A stretch of DNA of 64,000 bases from Octopus vulgaris. Taxonomy: Eukaryota. Shown here piece after piece: positions 29,489 through 42,471 of the stretch (position 1 is the first letter of the stretch; the number at the start of each line of letters is the position of its first letter). The position numbers and the translations under genes were made by a program. Where the stretch lies: NCBI GenBank assembly GCA_951406725.2, contig OX597830.1:34844001-34908000 (forward strand), written 5' to 3'. Under the pieces are notes generated by a model that saw only the letters and a program-made list of their open reading frames with translations, did not search any database and was not told where the DNA came from.

Positions 29489-29684
29489 GTAATAATAATA
29501 ATAATAGTAATAATAATAATAATAATAGTAATAAATTTCTTGTATTGGTCACAGGGACATATATGAGGGGGACATTACGAGGACTGATGATGGTGGTGAT
29601 GATAATGATGATGATGATGATCATCATCATCATCATGAAGAAGAAGAAGATGAAGACGAAGAAGAAGAAAAAGAAGAAGAAGAA

Positions 29685-29715
<31 letters not shown>

Positions 29716-29838
29716 AAGAAGAAGAAGAAGAAGAAGAAGAATTATGACGCTAATAGCCATGACGAAAATGATAGTAAGTTGGAGGAGGAAGAGGAGGAGG
29801 AGAAGGTAGATGACGACGACGACGATGACTACGACAAG
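29407..29838. repeat. Compound trinucleotide microsatellites (AAT, GAT, CAT, AAG, GAG, GAC)
   Basis: Visible tandem repeats. Confidence 0.92.
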
Positions 29839-30266
29839 GATGTCGATGGTGATGATAATTAAAAATAAACATTAATTCATTTGCTAATAGGACGTCGGAT
29901 GAAGTGGTCATTACAAAGTCAGAATGCCCTTTGTTACATGAAAGCAGGTGACGAAAGAAAAAATACAAGCCAGTAAAAAAAGTATGCACAGTATACAAAA
30001 TATAAGAATATATGGAAAATATTGATGTCCTGCTGAAACACCGTAGTTCGTTATGGAAGGATAATCTACTACAAAATATATTAAACGCTTTTGTAAGTGA
30101 ATACTGTGTTCTACTGTGTTAGAAGTGCTATAACATCATTTGTTAAAGATGTCTCTACAGATTTCAAGTAGAAAATTATAGCCAGCACTGATTATGTTAC
30201 GAAGCTTCGTATTAGAGACGTCCGATATAAATTATGACTGGTTATAATTTTCTATAGAAAATCTGT

Positions 30267-30433
30267 AGGCGTAGCAGTGGCAGGCTGTGTGGTAAGTAGC
30301 TCACTTACCAACAACATGCTTCCGTGTCCAGTCCAACTACGTGGCAACTTGGGCAACCTTGTTCTACTATAGCCTCGGGTCGACCAAAGCATTGCTAGTG
30401 GATTTGGTAGACGAAAACTGAAGGGAGCCCGTC

Positions 30434-30495
<62 letters not shown>

Positions 30496-30705
30496 ATGTT
30501 TGTATGTCTGTTTTTCCCCCCAACATCGCTTGACAACCGATGCTGGTGTGTTTACGTCCCCGTAACTTAACGGTTCGGCAAAAGAGACCGATAGAATAAG
30601 TACCAGGCTTACAAAGAATAAGTCCCGGGGTCGATTTGCTCGAGTAAAGGCGTTACTCCAGCATGACCACATTCAAATGACTGAAACAAGTAAAAGAGTA
30701 AAAGA
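30267..30705 (+). mobile_element. SINE family A
   Basis: Full-length match. Confidence 0.92.
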
Positions 30706-31035
30706 GAGAGAGAGAGACAACCTTAACAAATGGATAATATAGTCTTCATATATCTGTTCCATCGTTTCCTACCATGCCTCTTTCAACTGTTGTTCTCCGA
30801 TCTATAGATATATGCGGGGGATTAGTTACGTCTACGCTATCCGTTTCCCCAAAGGCACCCACATGTGTGAATCACGCTGAAGGAGTGCACTTCTCTCTTC
30901 ACTTTCCATTTCCTGTCCAAATAGAAATCGAAATTGTCAATAAGATTTGGTAAGAGCTGCAAAGATGTGAAAAGGTTCCGCCTCGCGATCGTTTCTGACT
31001 TGTCTACCATGCAATCACTTTCCTTATAGTCACCA

Positions 31036-31103
<68 letters not shown>

Positions 31104-31107
<4 letters not shown>

Positions 31108-31612
31108 GATTGGAAGTGTTATCATGTACATTGTTTCGTCTTGGTATAAAAGATGGGCTACAGCAAATATTCTGCTCAATACCACAGATTTGCTTGTCAG
31201 TTGTTTGACCTTAACCAATTGAGCATGTCCCTTAGTGGATGACAATATGTGCATCTCTGATCACGAGCAGAAGTAGTGGGGGAGCATCATAGTCATGTGT
31301 TGAGAGGGATTCTTTGGGGTTTGAATAATTCACCTCTGGAAACATGGGTGGTTCTTTCAACATCCTTAAACAACCCTTATTCAGGGACCTTTTGAGCGGG
31401 ATGGGCTACTCAACCCGAAGAAAATTCTAACTGGGCCCCACCTGCAAGGTCATGTGCTGTTTATCTTGATATGAGATCACCATGTCGCGCACATATGGTT
31501 GTGATGCATGTGCCTGGTGTACCCTTATCAGACGGGTAGTCATGATAGGTATATTGGGCTTCGTATATTTTACCCCAGTGTCACTTTGATGGCATGCACT
31601 GCTCTCTCACTC
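31104..31612 (+). mobile_element. Non-coding ~500-bp interspersed element embedded in (AAT)n, family Y
   Basis: Collinear with 44100-44550 (GGAAGTGTTATCATGTAC...CAGCAAATATTCTGCTCAATACCACAGATTTGC...GGGCTTCGTATATTTTACCCC); flanked on both sides by (AAT)n. Confidence 0.85.
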
Positions 31613-31671
<59 letters not shown>

Positions 31672-31674
<3 letters not shown>

Positions 31675-31808
31675 CATCGAAAAATACCTTAGGAATGAGA
31701 ACCCAAGTTCGAAATTTCCCCAAGACACCTGATGAATGCTGGAGGGTATGTCAACCAAAAAACATGAGGGCAAATATCCGTCAAGTGCAAATTATGTAAA
31801 TAATATAA
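31672..31808 (+). mobile_element. Second copy of the hammerhead-like module that follows (AAT)n
   Basis: AACATCGAAAAATACCTTAGG.ATGAGAACC..GTTCGAAATTTCCCC..GACAC-CTGATGA (31729-31735); homologous to the reverse complement of 5990-6129. Confidence 0.75.
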
Positions 31809-31838
31809 CAAAGGGCCACATGGTGTCCGTTTGAGAAT

Positions 31839-32508
31839 CAGTGGCGGCTCATGTATAGGCACTGCGGAACTGCAGCACCCTCTCCACTCGATATTATCGA
31901 TATCATTCAATATAATGAATCCTTTTTTCTTTAATTCTTTCTTTTATACTTGTACATTATATAATCCTTAAGCTTAATGTCAGTAGCCATCCTCTAGTTT
32001 ATGAAAAAAATACAAAAATCCTTGTATAGAACTGTGAGCTTCACAGTTCCAGCGACGCGGTGTTTGGCTGTTGTGCGCATGTTCACATGTCCGAGTTAGG
32101 AAGCTTCACACTAGGGAGAGAGAGAGCACTGCGTGAATGACAAGGCCAACCCTTGTGTGCTGGTGAAAGGTAGTGTTTCTTTTTGACTGCACCTGTGTTG
32201 TACTTAAAATCGTGTTTATTTTCTTGAATGTGATAAAGTGTAGAATTAGATAATATCTTGCTTCCAGCTTCAGTGTTGCTGCCAGGATTTTCTGATTAAG
32301 TGGAGAATTTTGAAAAACAAGGGGGAATTCGTATTGTTCAGGGAACAAATTAAACATACTACACGGCAGCGGCTAAAACGCGAAACGATGAAGTTTGTGT
32401 ATCAATTTTCTTTTGTATATGTTTGTTTCCTTTTACACAATATTAAAACAACGGCTGAAGATTTTCTGAAGCAGCAACCCCAATAGTTTTATATACGAAC
32501 CGCCACTG
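31839..32508. mobile_element. Possible hAT-type non-autonomous DNA transposon
   Basis: Imperfect TIRs CAGTGGCGGCTCATGTATA and TATATACGAACCGCCACTG; no clear 8-bp TSD. Confidence 0.5.
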
Positions 32509-33225
32509 CTGTTGATTATAGGCCGATCTGGATGGACTAGTCCACACAACACAACAAAGGTCTTTGTAATGATTCGTCTTAAATGCCGCTAGCTGTTGTG
32601 TCTGCTTTTGAAACTGTTTAGCCCTAAGTTGGACTAATCAAAAAGAACCATGATCAAAATATTCCTGTCGTAAGTAACCTATTATATTTTCTGATATTTT
32701 CTAATATGAATTTGACTTTTGTATTTATAACAATGTAACATGCAATTAGAAGTTTTGCTTGCTGTAGTTTTCCACCTGAGCAGCTAACTAGTTTTCTTCA
32801 TTGGTTTATAATGCTCACCGCCATTGACAAGTCGGCGCTAAGTTTGATCAAACCAGTTAAATCATTAATAGAATTGCATGTTACATGAAATAAGCGAGGT
32901 CGCAAAACACGCATACAAAAGCACAGTCACATAAATGCACATGCAGATGGTCACGCATACATCTGCATGCACACACATGCGTATATGCAGCTGAATAATT
33001 ATATATTTATTATTGTTGACACACATACACACAGTGATACACACTCACATAATTCTGTAAAATATACGTCTATTATTGTGATATAACGTGGAACGTTCGT
33101 ACATATATATTTTTAGCGTTTAATATTTACACGTAAGGGCGTACCATGTGCAAATGTGTTTATTTGTATGTGTTTGGGTAACTGCAAATGTATTTGTATG
33201 CGTTCACACACACAGATACACAAAC

Positions 33226-33281
<56 letters not shown>

Positions 33282-33570
33282 GTATGTGTGAATGTACGTA
33301 TGGGTGTATGTGCGTGTGATAGAAGTGTTATTTGTGGGCGAATGCGTATGAACTTATCACATCATCTGATCATTTTAACAGTTGTTTCGGGAATTATTCT
33401 GCTAGATTAGACCTATTGTTTGTCAGGTCAACTACAGATGTCTCACGTACGTATTCAACGCCCAAACTCATCCAATATCAGGCTGCTTTCACTTTCACTT
33501 CCAATTCCCTTTACTCCTCCTTACACAATTATTCTTTCTCTTTCTTTCTTTATCTCTCTCACTTTCTCTC

Positions 33571-33610
<40 letters not shown>

Positions 33611-34427
33611 CCCCTTTTGTCTTGCCATTCCATCTCCTATTCTAGTATCCGTTTTATTTATCACCAGATTTCTATCAATGTCGCCCGACTCATATCTTGC
33701 GAACCTTCTGAAGCCTTCTCTTTCTTTACATCGCTTAATACCTCCCTTTAATTCTCTCACACTTTCTCGATGTCTCTAAAAGTCTCTACTTCATAATCAT
33801 TCTCATAGTCTCTCTGTTCCCCATCTTCTCTCTCTCTCTCTTTTTCTCTCTCTATCCCTCTTTCTTTCTCACTCTCTGAAATTGTATAATTTTAATTGTT
33901 GCGTCTTTGCTGAAACGAATTTCTGTACGCTTCTAATTTGTGTTAGTGTCATGTCAGTCGAAATCTCTATTCTTACTGCTTACCAATATATCTGTCGTTG
34001 TTCTTTTGTTTTGTTTCTCTTATTGCAGTCGTTGTTGTCGCAGATGTTGGTGTTGCTATTCTAATAGGTGTTGTCGTTGTTGTTGTTGTTGTTGTCGTTA
34101 TTGTTACTACTGGCATGGGGAAGTGTCGATGGTGGAGTGGACGTAGGGTTTGATTTTTGTGCTATATTTGAAGTAGTTTATTCTGTAATGTCAAATAAAC
34201 ACTGATGGCCTCCCTCATTAACATCGAATTAACTAACAATAGAATATCTTACAGCAGGCTCCAGAGGAGAAGACATCGTACTTTCACACTGAAATAATTC
34301 AGGGCCCGAAGATGTATGTGTGTATGCATAAACACACACACACACACATGTATATATATATATATACGCGCACACGTGTGTAATATGATATATAAAAGAT
34401 AGATACATACACACATATGAATACATA

Positions 34428-34488
<61 letters not shown>

Positions 34489-35101
34489 TGTATAAAGGAT
34501 CATGGGTAAAGCCAAAACAATATAAATACACACACACATATCCATTATATTACAGCTGATAGCTGTAAAGTTTCGGTACGTATTTTCTTGTTTGCATAGT
34601 GGCGCATTACTATATGGAACGGTTTTTCCAACATTCTCTTGATGAGGGAAGCTGTAAATTTGGTAATATCTTTGTGTTACTGTCTACTGGTTGCATATCC
34701 AAGTCTATTCCATGTTCCATCAGCAAATTAAGGTTATTACGATTATTACGCGAAACAGCTGTTGAGTAAAGAAATTTTGAATTTTGTTCATATTATTTTG
34801 TCTGTTTCGTGCTCTGTGCAATACATATTTGTATATATATATATATAAACGTGTATATATGTTTGTGTATGCGAGTGTATGCCAGTGTATACGAGTATAT
34901 ACATATATTCTTTCTTAATATATTTTGTGTATGCGTCAAGTCTAATTGTATTTATCTGTATTACCAGCTATATCTCTTCCACCATCCCTCCTTAACTCTT
35001 TCTCTCTATCTCTCTCTTTATATTTATATATATATATGTGTATGTGTGTGTGTGTGTGTGTATTAACAAGAGATAAAAGATAAAAGATGTACGCATGTTT
35101 G

Positions 35102-35143
<42 letters not shown>

Positions 35144-37250
35144 ATAATCCTTGAATGGAATTTATAAACATTTCATGTATAGTTGCGCGCGTTTCCACAA
35201 ATCACATGTTTCATAATAGCACATTCCGTATTTCTGGGATAATTACAGTGCAGTCTGTAGTATCTATGGACATTGGGTTGTCTATCTTCACGGATTCATT
35301 TCTTCAGGGGATATAGCATAAATGGATGTACAACAGAGGAATAATTATCCCTTTTTACCCGTATGAAGGTTAATCTTCATTCTATTCGATTAACCTTCAT
35401 TCTATTTGGAGTTTTCAGTTCGCCCCGATATCATTATATTTAATACGTAGTAATATAATACCAGAGTGATTTGTAAAATCTCGGATAGAATTATTAATAA
35501 GTAGCGAGAACACAACGCACCTGAAAGAATTGTATGTAATTTTTGGAAATTATTTAAAATATGCAAGTGTGCTTCTTAGAAGATATAAAGAGTATATATT
35601 CGCTCCTATAGAGTACAGATAGTACCACTAAAATCTGCACGCACGCCTCAATACACACACACACACACATAATTCTATTTTTTTCTTAATAGGGTGACAA
35701 ATTTGGAAAAGTTTTTGAATGTTAAGATTATCTCCATTCCTTATGTGGAGCTGGTTTTAATTACCATTTGACAAATTAAGTTACGTCTTCCAGGAGCGAA
35801 GATAATTTTAATAATGAAAATTATATGTTGTACTGTAACTGATATACCTGTATATGCCTATGCTATTGAAATACATGCCACCTGCCTTTCTGATTTATTT
35901 CTCTCAGTTCATTTTATTTTAATTATGCAAATTATCTAGCTAATAAATGTGACCAACTCTTGTATAAATCTCAACTCTTTAGCATGTAGAGATATAATCG
36001 GACACTTGTTGAGATGAATACGGCTTTTCAGCCAGGAACACTTGATCACGATTGTCCTCTTAGATCCAGACAACAAACCAATCATTTTGCATGTCAAGTG
36101 TGGAGAAAATCTTAAGTCTTGGGATAATCTTTTCCTCTTAAGTATTTGCCTGTGACTGTGGTTTTATTCATGGTACTGCATGTGATACTGTGTGTCATAA
36201 TTTCTGTGTTACAGAAAAATTGGTAAATGAGTTTGAGCAAATTTCCTTATTGTCATCATTTTCAGATCTCTAGTTTAAAAGCAGCAACACCAAAGACAAT
36301 CATTAGTTCGAGACAACGAGAGTGACTCCACTATCGTTCATCGACCGACGAAGAATTATTGTTCTTCCTCGAGTGACCCACTAGAATAATAACACACAGG
36401 CTAACAATTTTATAGGTATAGAAAAATCGACAGCTGGAATGGTCATGGATGGAACGCTTATGATCACGATTGACCAGAGAATAAACAAGATAATCATCAA
36501 AGTTAATTCAAGTAATTAAGAAGAGACAGCTATTGTGTCTGTGTATTATTTAACGAAATTATCTTTTAATTGTTCATATTCTCATTTCCCACAGGCGTAC
36601 CAATTAATCAAAATCATTGTGTATATATTTGGAAATTTTTCAGACGTTCTATTAATTTCATTCATATAAACATTGAATACACACATATACTTAAATACAT
36701 AGTGGTGAATAAAGAAGCGTATATATTCATACGAAAATTACCCAGACATATACACACACCCTCAGCTAATTATGTTCTCATTGCCTGGTTTTGATGAAGA
36801 GGATAATTAGAGCAATGTATTGCCAATCAGTGAGCCTGCCAAAACAAGTATGAATTGATCTGTCTTCAATCAATGGGGCCATCTATCAATCTGTCTCTTT
36901 ACAGATTTATTGTAAAATATACATAACTCTCTGGCTAAATCTCAGTACACACACATATACACACACACACACATACACGCACGCAAATACACACACAAGT
37001 ATGTGTGCGTGTGTACAAGTTTGTATGTATCTGTACATTTCTGTGTTTTAACTGAATGTTAATTTGCAACTCTGAGTTTCATGGTCCGATTTTCAAACGA
37101 CAAGAGAAATAAAGATCAATTGATTTTGTTTTGTATGCGAAATAAACTATCGTGGAAAATCGTAGAAAAATATAGGCAACTGCTGCGCGTCTAACGGTAT
37201 TTATCCGCAGAGAATTTTTTAAAAGAATTAACAAACATTTGGAAGTTCAC

Positions 37251-37612
37251 GTTGTTGTTATGCCTAGTGTGCCATATATATATTTTTTGTGTTGTACTAG
37301 TGAATGTCTAATAAATAAATTTTTTTAAAAAGTGTTTTAAACCTTGAGATTACATAGAGAGTATTTTGCGTAGGATATGAGCAGTTCCCATGAGCACTAT
37401 CTTTTGAATTTCTGTCATTTTGGGGTTTCCTGGTATCTGAGTTAGGTAGCAATCAGCCCCTTTCGCTATCATTCCCAGGGCACCAATGACAACAGTTATT
37501 GTTTTAGTCTTCAGGTTCCACATTTTGCTGATTTCTATTTCAAGATTTTTATATTTGCTCAGTTTTTGGTAGGTCTTGACAGATACGTTTATATCGATTG
37601 GGACAGTCATAT
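37251..37612 (-). mobile_element. R4/Dong-clade non-LTR retrotransposon, 3' fragment (restriction-like endonuclease C-terminus)
   Basis: ORF 37350-37610: DMTVPIDINVSVKTYQKLSKYKNLEIEISKMWNLKTKTITVVIGALG...IQKIVLMGTAHILRKILSM. Confidence 0.85.
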
Positions 37613-37658
37613 CCCCTGTGGGAAATAAATGAAATCATCATTATAATTATTATTATTA

Positions 37659-37745
<87 letters not shown>

Positions 37746-37788
37746 GCTGTTGTTGTTGTTATTATTATCAGTAGTAGTAGCAGCCACG

Positions 37789-37867
<79 letters not shown>

Positions 37868-38421
37868 CAGCAGCGGCAGCTACGAACAGTCAGTTTGGGA
37901 TTTGTTCCTGCGCAAAGAAATATAATTGGTTAATTCTCTTCATAGACGTTTCAAAGTGTGCTTAAATACGGAAGATTTTTAGCGAGTAAAACAAATCACA
38001 TTTTCTTTCGTCCACCAAATATTAGAAGCAAAAGAGTTTCTGAGGGAGATCTGTCAAATCAACCAATCACTTAGGAAATATAGAAAGACACAGATGGGTA
38101 CAAATATCATTGCGGATAATCATCGTTTTAGGAAAGCTTTTGATCAGCTTTAATTTTCATCAATGTCGATATAATACTATGTTTGCAGTCGTTACCAGTC
38201 CAAGAGATTTTTCTCGTTGACGTAATCACTTTGAGTCGATGTCATACCCGATACCATTCGGTCAGGCTTAATTCAACTAGAGTAATGGCAACTCAACTGG
38301 CATAGTGATATGTACATACATACATTCACTGATGAAACACATATATAAATATACAGACACATATATTCATGTGTGGAAGTGTATATATACGCATCTATAC
38401 TTATGCATGTATGTATGTATC

Positions 38422-38465
<44 letters not shown>

Positions 38466-38492
38466 TGCATATATATATATATTTATTTAACA

Positions 38493-38570
<78 letters not shown>

Positions 38571-38624
38571 TATTGATATATATATATATATATATATATG
38601 TATAACATAAATGATATATAAACA

Positions 38625-39058
38625 TATGTATATATACATACATATATGTACATACCTATATCTATATGTATATATACATGCATATATGGGTACAGGACAC
38701 CCAAAAAACTTTGAACACAATGAGAAACGAAAACATAAAAACAAAAACATGGAAACGAACTTTTTTCAAACAACGAAAAAACAGAATACAAAACATACAA
38801 CACAAAGAATATTCCCCTTCTTCAGTTGTCCCTGTTTCCTCCTCTCCGCGTTACGAAGGTAAGGACAAGACGAGACTTCGTTGAAACACTCCTTCACGCA
38901 AAGCAAATTAAATAAAATTTGGGATTTTTTTGCGGAGGGTTAAAAGTGGTAAAAGGAACAGGACAGTAAAAACAAAACAAGACAGTAAAAACAATACAAA
39001 TAAAAACAGTAAAAGACATGACAAGGAGAATAACATAGTATAAACAAACGATGAGGGC
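38625..39058. repeat. Unclassified dispersed repeat, family Z
   Basis: Collinear with 56315-56741 (CATATATGGGTACAGGA...CCCTTCTTCAGTTGTCCCTGTTTC...GCAAAGCAAATTAAATAAA...AAACGATGAGGG). Confidence 0.85.
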
Positions 39059-39884
39059 TGAAAACAATTGAAAAAATAAGTGTCTAAAATCTGCTGATGC
39101 AGAAGAAAGAGAAGAGAAATAAATATCTCAGGATTAAATGAAAAATTCAACGTTCCGTATTGATGTGTCAGAGTGGATAGCACGAGGCAGAAAGCATGTA
39201 TGTATGTGTGTATGTATGAACGTTGAGTAGAAAATATTTGGCAGTCTAAAATGTGTGAACAAAATATTTAACAATCAAAAACAAGAACAGAGTGAAAAAA
39301 GGGATCTTGAAAGGTGAAAACATGCGTAAAATATGTTAGGCCAGTCTTTCGAAAGTACAAACACGCAAATAGTTCATTGTGTACAGAGTATCCACTTTAA
39401 GATGTTATTGAAGAACGTGGGAAATGGCAAAGAGTAACTCTACAAGCGTCATGATAAGAAAATGTTGGAATCCAAAATAGCGCAGTAGAAGACAAGTGTT
39501 CAGTGGAAAAGGCGCCAGAGGATGGAATACCGTTCGAAGATTGCAGAAACGGCAGCGGCGGACGCGACAGAGCGTCTAGTCGAAGAGAGGTACGGTTGTG
39601 TGTCATTGCTTAAAGACGCTGCCGTGCAAAGTAAGCGGCAAGTGAAGTCGGAGCCGTGAGCAAGAATGATTCAAAGGTGTCGTGGAAATAAAGACAAGTC
39701 AGAGCACTCAATTCTCCGGCTAAGAGAAGCGGGGAGGTGACGAAAAATGCTGAACTGGGAATATGAAGACATCAAGAAATGTTAGGTACTTACTGGAAAT
39801 GTAACCGCGCATTTTGCTGCTATTTTCAGCAAGTAGATGACGCTGTGTAAGAATGAAGTAACGTCACGTGAAAGATGAAGAGAA

Positions 39885-41110
39885 ATGCCCCACCAAAAAT
39901 ACAAATTGAGCCTTCCCAACTTCAAACTTGGCAAGATTCACAGTAAATTTTGCTTCAGACAGTGTTTCCAAGAAAGCACGAATTCTCTTCAGATGGTCTA
40001 CCCATTTTTATGTTTTTTTGTTTTACATCTATATCATGGCTAACAATGTCAGTTCGGGCAGGCACATCAGGAAATAATTAAGAGAATTCATTAATCAAAT
40101 CTGACAATTTCACATCTAGGTGAGATAACGCATCAGAATTTCTTAATTTAGGTGAAACATTATCACTAAGGTCATCAAACTTCACATTGCTAGCATCATC
40201 ATCAATATTGTAAACATGTTCAACTTTGTCTACAGTTCAATCAGTAACTGGGGAGAGTGTGACAATACAAGAAACCTTTAGATTTCAACCCTGTCGTGGT
40301 ATGACCTAATCATGTTTACATGACACAACCTTTTTTTCTTACGACGGCCAGGGGTCTGGACAACATACCCTGTGCCACTAACCTTTTAATCCTATAGACC
40401 CTGAAATCTAGCTCTCAGAGGTTGACCAGGAACGGGAATTAAAACTAACACTTTGTCACCAGGAATGAAATTTTTTAGTTTTGACTTTCTGTCATAATTT
40501 TATTTCAATTTTGCTTGTGAAGCTTTCAAATTTTGTCTCGCCAACTCACATGCTTTCGAAAGTATATTCCAAAATGTAGAAACATAGTCCAAAAGATTGA
40601 TCTTAGACTCGCGATTGAGCCATTGCTTTTTAGATGTTTTAATGACCCACACACACTCAAGAGGACTGAACCCTAAACTTTACTGAACTGATTCCCTGAT
40701 AGCAAGCATGAACAAAAGCACACCCTCATTCCAATCTTTCTGTCTCAAAGCAATAAGTCTCGGTGATATTCTTCAAGGTTTTATGAAATCTCTCTAAAGC
40801 TCCCTGTGACTCAGAATAACAAGCACTTGACTTAACCTGCTCGATACCCAGCTGGTACATAACTTGTTGAAACGCCGTAGACAGGAAATTTGAGCCCTGA
40901 TCAGATGGAAAACCATTTGGCAAACCAACTAAGGTAAAAAAAATACTTGATCAAATCCTTGACAATCACAGTAGCAACAATCCTACGAAGAAGAATAGCT
41001 TCAGGAAATTCGGTAGAAGTACACATGATGGTAAGAAGATACTGATTACCAGACTTAGTCTTAGGTAGTGGACCAACACTCGACTGAAAGGTTTCCCAAA
41101 AACCAGTATA
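39885..41110 (-). mobile_element. Decayed Ty3/gypsy LTR retrotransposon pol, Gmr1-like domain order (integrase then RT)
   Basis: Minus strand in order: integrase VGPLPKTKSGNQYLLTIMC...SDQGSNF...SQGALERFHKTLK; GPY/F-like IPVPGQPLRARFQG; RT N-terminus LINEFS*LFPDVPARTDIVSHDIDV (~40025-40130); RT C-terminus DHLKRIRAFLETLSEAKFTVNLAKFEVGKAQFVFLVGH (~39885-39998). Many stops and frameshifts. Confidence 0.85.
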
Positions 41111-41200
41111 ACGGGAGAGTCCATCACACACACACAGGCACTGGAATTTATTGTGACAACATCAACCCTTAAGATATTACTCCAGGTAGTGTTATGGACT

Positions 41201-41520
41201 CTAAAGTGGTTCGACAGAGTGCCAGACACCGACCTGTGGGAAAGGGCTAACCAAGAGCCCATACATCTTCAGATTAGACGAAGGAAATGGAGATGGATCG
41301 GACACATACTGGGGAAAGAACCCTCAAATGTGACACGACAAGCACTTGACTAGAATCCGCAGGGGAAAAGGAAGTGAGGACGCCCGAAGCAGCATTTTGG
41401 ACGAGCTTAGGACCATCGGCCTGACATGGAAAGCAGCAAAGAAACACGCCAATGACCGCAAAAAGTGGAAAACAACTGTTGAGGCCCTATGCTCCACAAG
41501 GGGCAAAAAAGATTAAAGAA
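41201..41520 (+). mobile_element. 5'-truncated RTE-clade LINE with TSD
   Basis: Reads LKWFDRVPDTDLWERANQEPIHLQIRRRKWRWIGHILGKEPSNVTRQALD*NPQGKRK*GRP. A 13-bp TSD AGTGTTATGGACT lies at 41188-41200 and 41521-41533. Confidence 0.9.
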
Positions 41521-41554
41521 AGTGTTATGGACTTAGGCATTTTAATGTATTTCT

Positions 41555-42055
41555 TTCAAATGTTTGCACAACGCCAGCAAGTTCGGGAAGGGGCAAAGTC
41601 AATTACAGAGGCCTCAGTGATCAACTGGTACTTATTTTATCCTCCCCGAAAAGTTGAAAGGCATAGTTGGCTCCGCCTGAACTTTAACTCATATGGTAAA
41701 CACAAGAAATACCGCTAAATGTTATGTCCAGAGTCTTAACGATTCTGCCAGCGCGCCGGCTCTTTATATTTTGATACGTTATCATTCCATTCCTGAAAAT
41801 TACCCCCCCCCCCAGCTAAAGCAAAAAAAAAAAAGTTATTTTCTTTCTTTTTCTACTCTAGTCACAAGGCCCGAAACCTTTTGGGGGGACTAGTTGATTA
41901 GATCGACCCGAGTTCGCAACTGGTACTTAATTTATCGACCCTGAATTTGAACTCAGAACGTAACGGCAGACGAAATACCTATTTCTTTACTACCCACAAG
42001 GGGCTAAACACAGGGAGGACAAAAAAGAACAGACAAACGGGTCAAGTCGATTATA
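41555..42055 (-). mobile_element. SINE family B copies: one diverged monomer and a partial dimer at 41838-42055
   Basis: Reverse-complement matches such as AACTGGTACTTAATTTATCGACC and GAACTCAGAACGTAACGGCAGACGAAATAC. Confidence 0.8.
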
Positions 42056-42417
42056 ACTAGCAATGACCTGCCTAGGAATAAATGAAAAAAAGTTAAATTA
42101 ATGCTTGAGACGTCTCACGAGGTGAGAAACAAATGTACACATTTAGCGTTCGATTAGCATTCGATTTTGTGTGCAAGTGCCGATTCTGATTTCACGCAAC
42201 ATTCGTTGAATGAGCTACGACGATATGTGTGTATTTGTGTTTGTGTGTGTGCGTGTGTGTATGTGTGTGTGTTTATGTATATGTATGCAGACACACACAC
42301 AAACACACGCACACATACATGTCTTATGTTTCCTGACATAATGCTAACCACTGATGTAAATTATTTAATAATTTTTACCCTTTTATTTATAAAGTTATAT
42401 ATATATGCATATATATT

Positions 42418-42471
<54 letters not shown>

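Noticed and set aside
29389-29862. 157-aa ORF with poly-N, M, I, K, E and D blocks
   Set aside because: It is a chain of trinucleotide microsatellites like others in the window, with no unique coding sequence or splice context.
34258-34313. Possible plus-strand micro-exon APEEKTSYFHTEIIQGPK
   Set aside because: Weak polypyrimidine tract, the donor overlaps a (TG) microsatellite, and no homolog is recognisable.
36030-36155. Open stretch QEHLITIVLLDPDNKPIILHVKCGENLKSWDNLF
   Set aside because: Short, no clear splice donor, and only a vague resemblance to retroelement peptides.
38810-38900. Hammerhead in family Z (CTGAAGA on the minus strand; GAAACAGTC on the plus strand of copy 2)
   Set aside because: The two core halves are not in a compatible order with a pairing stem II on the same strand in either copy.
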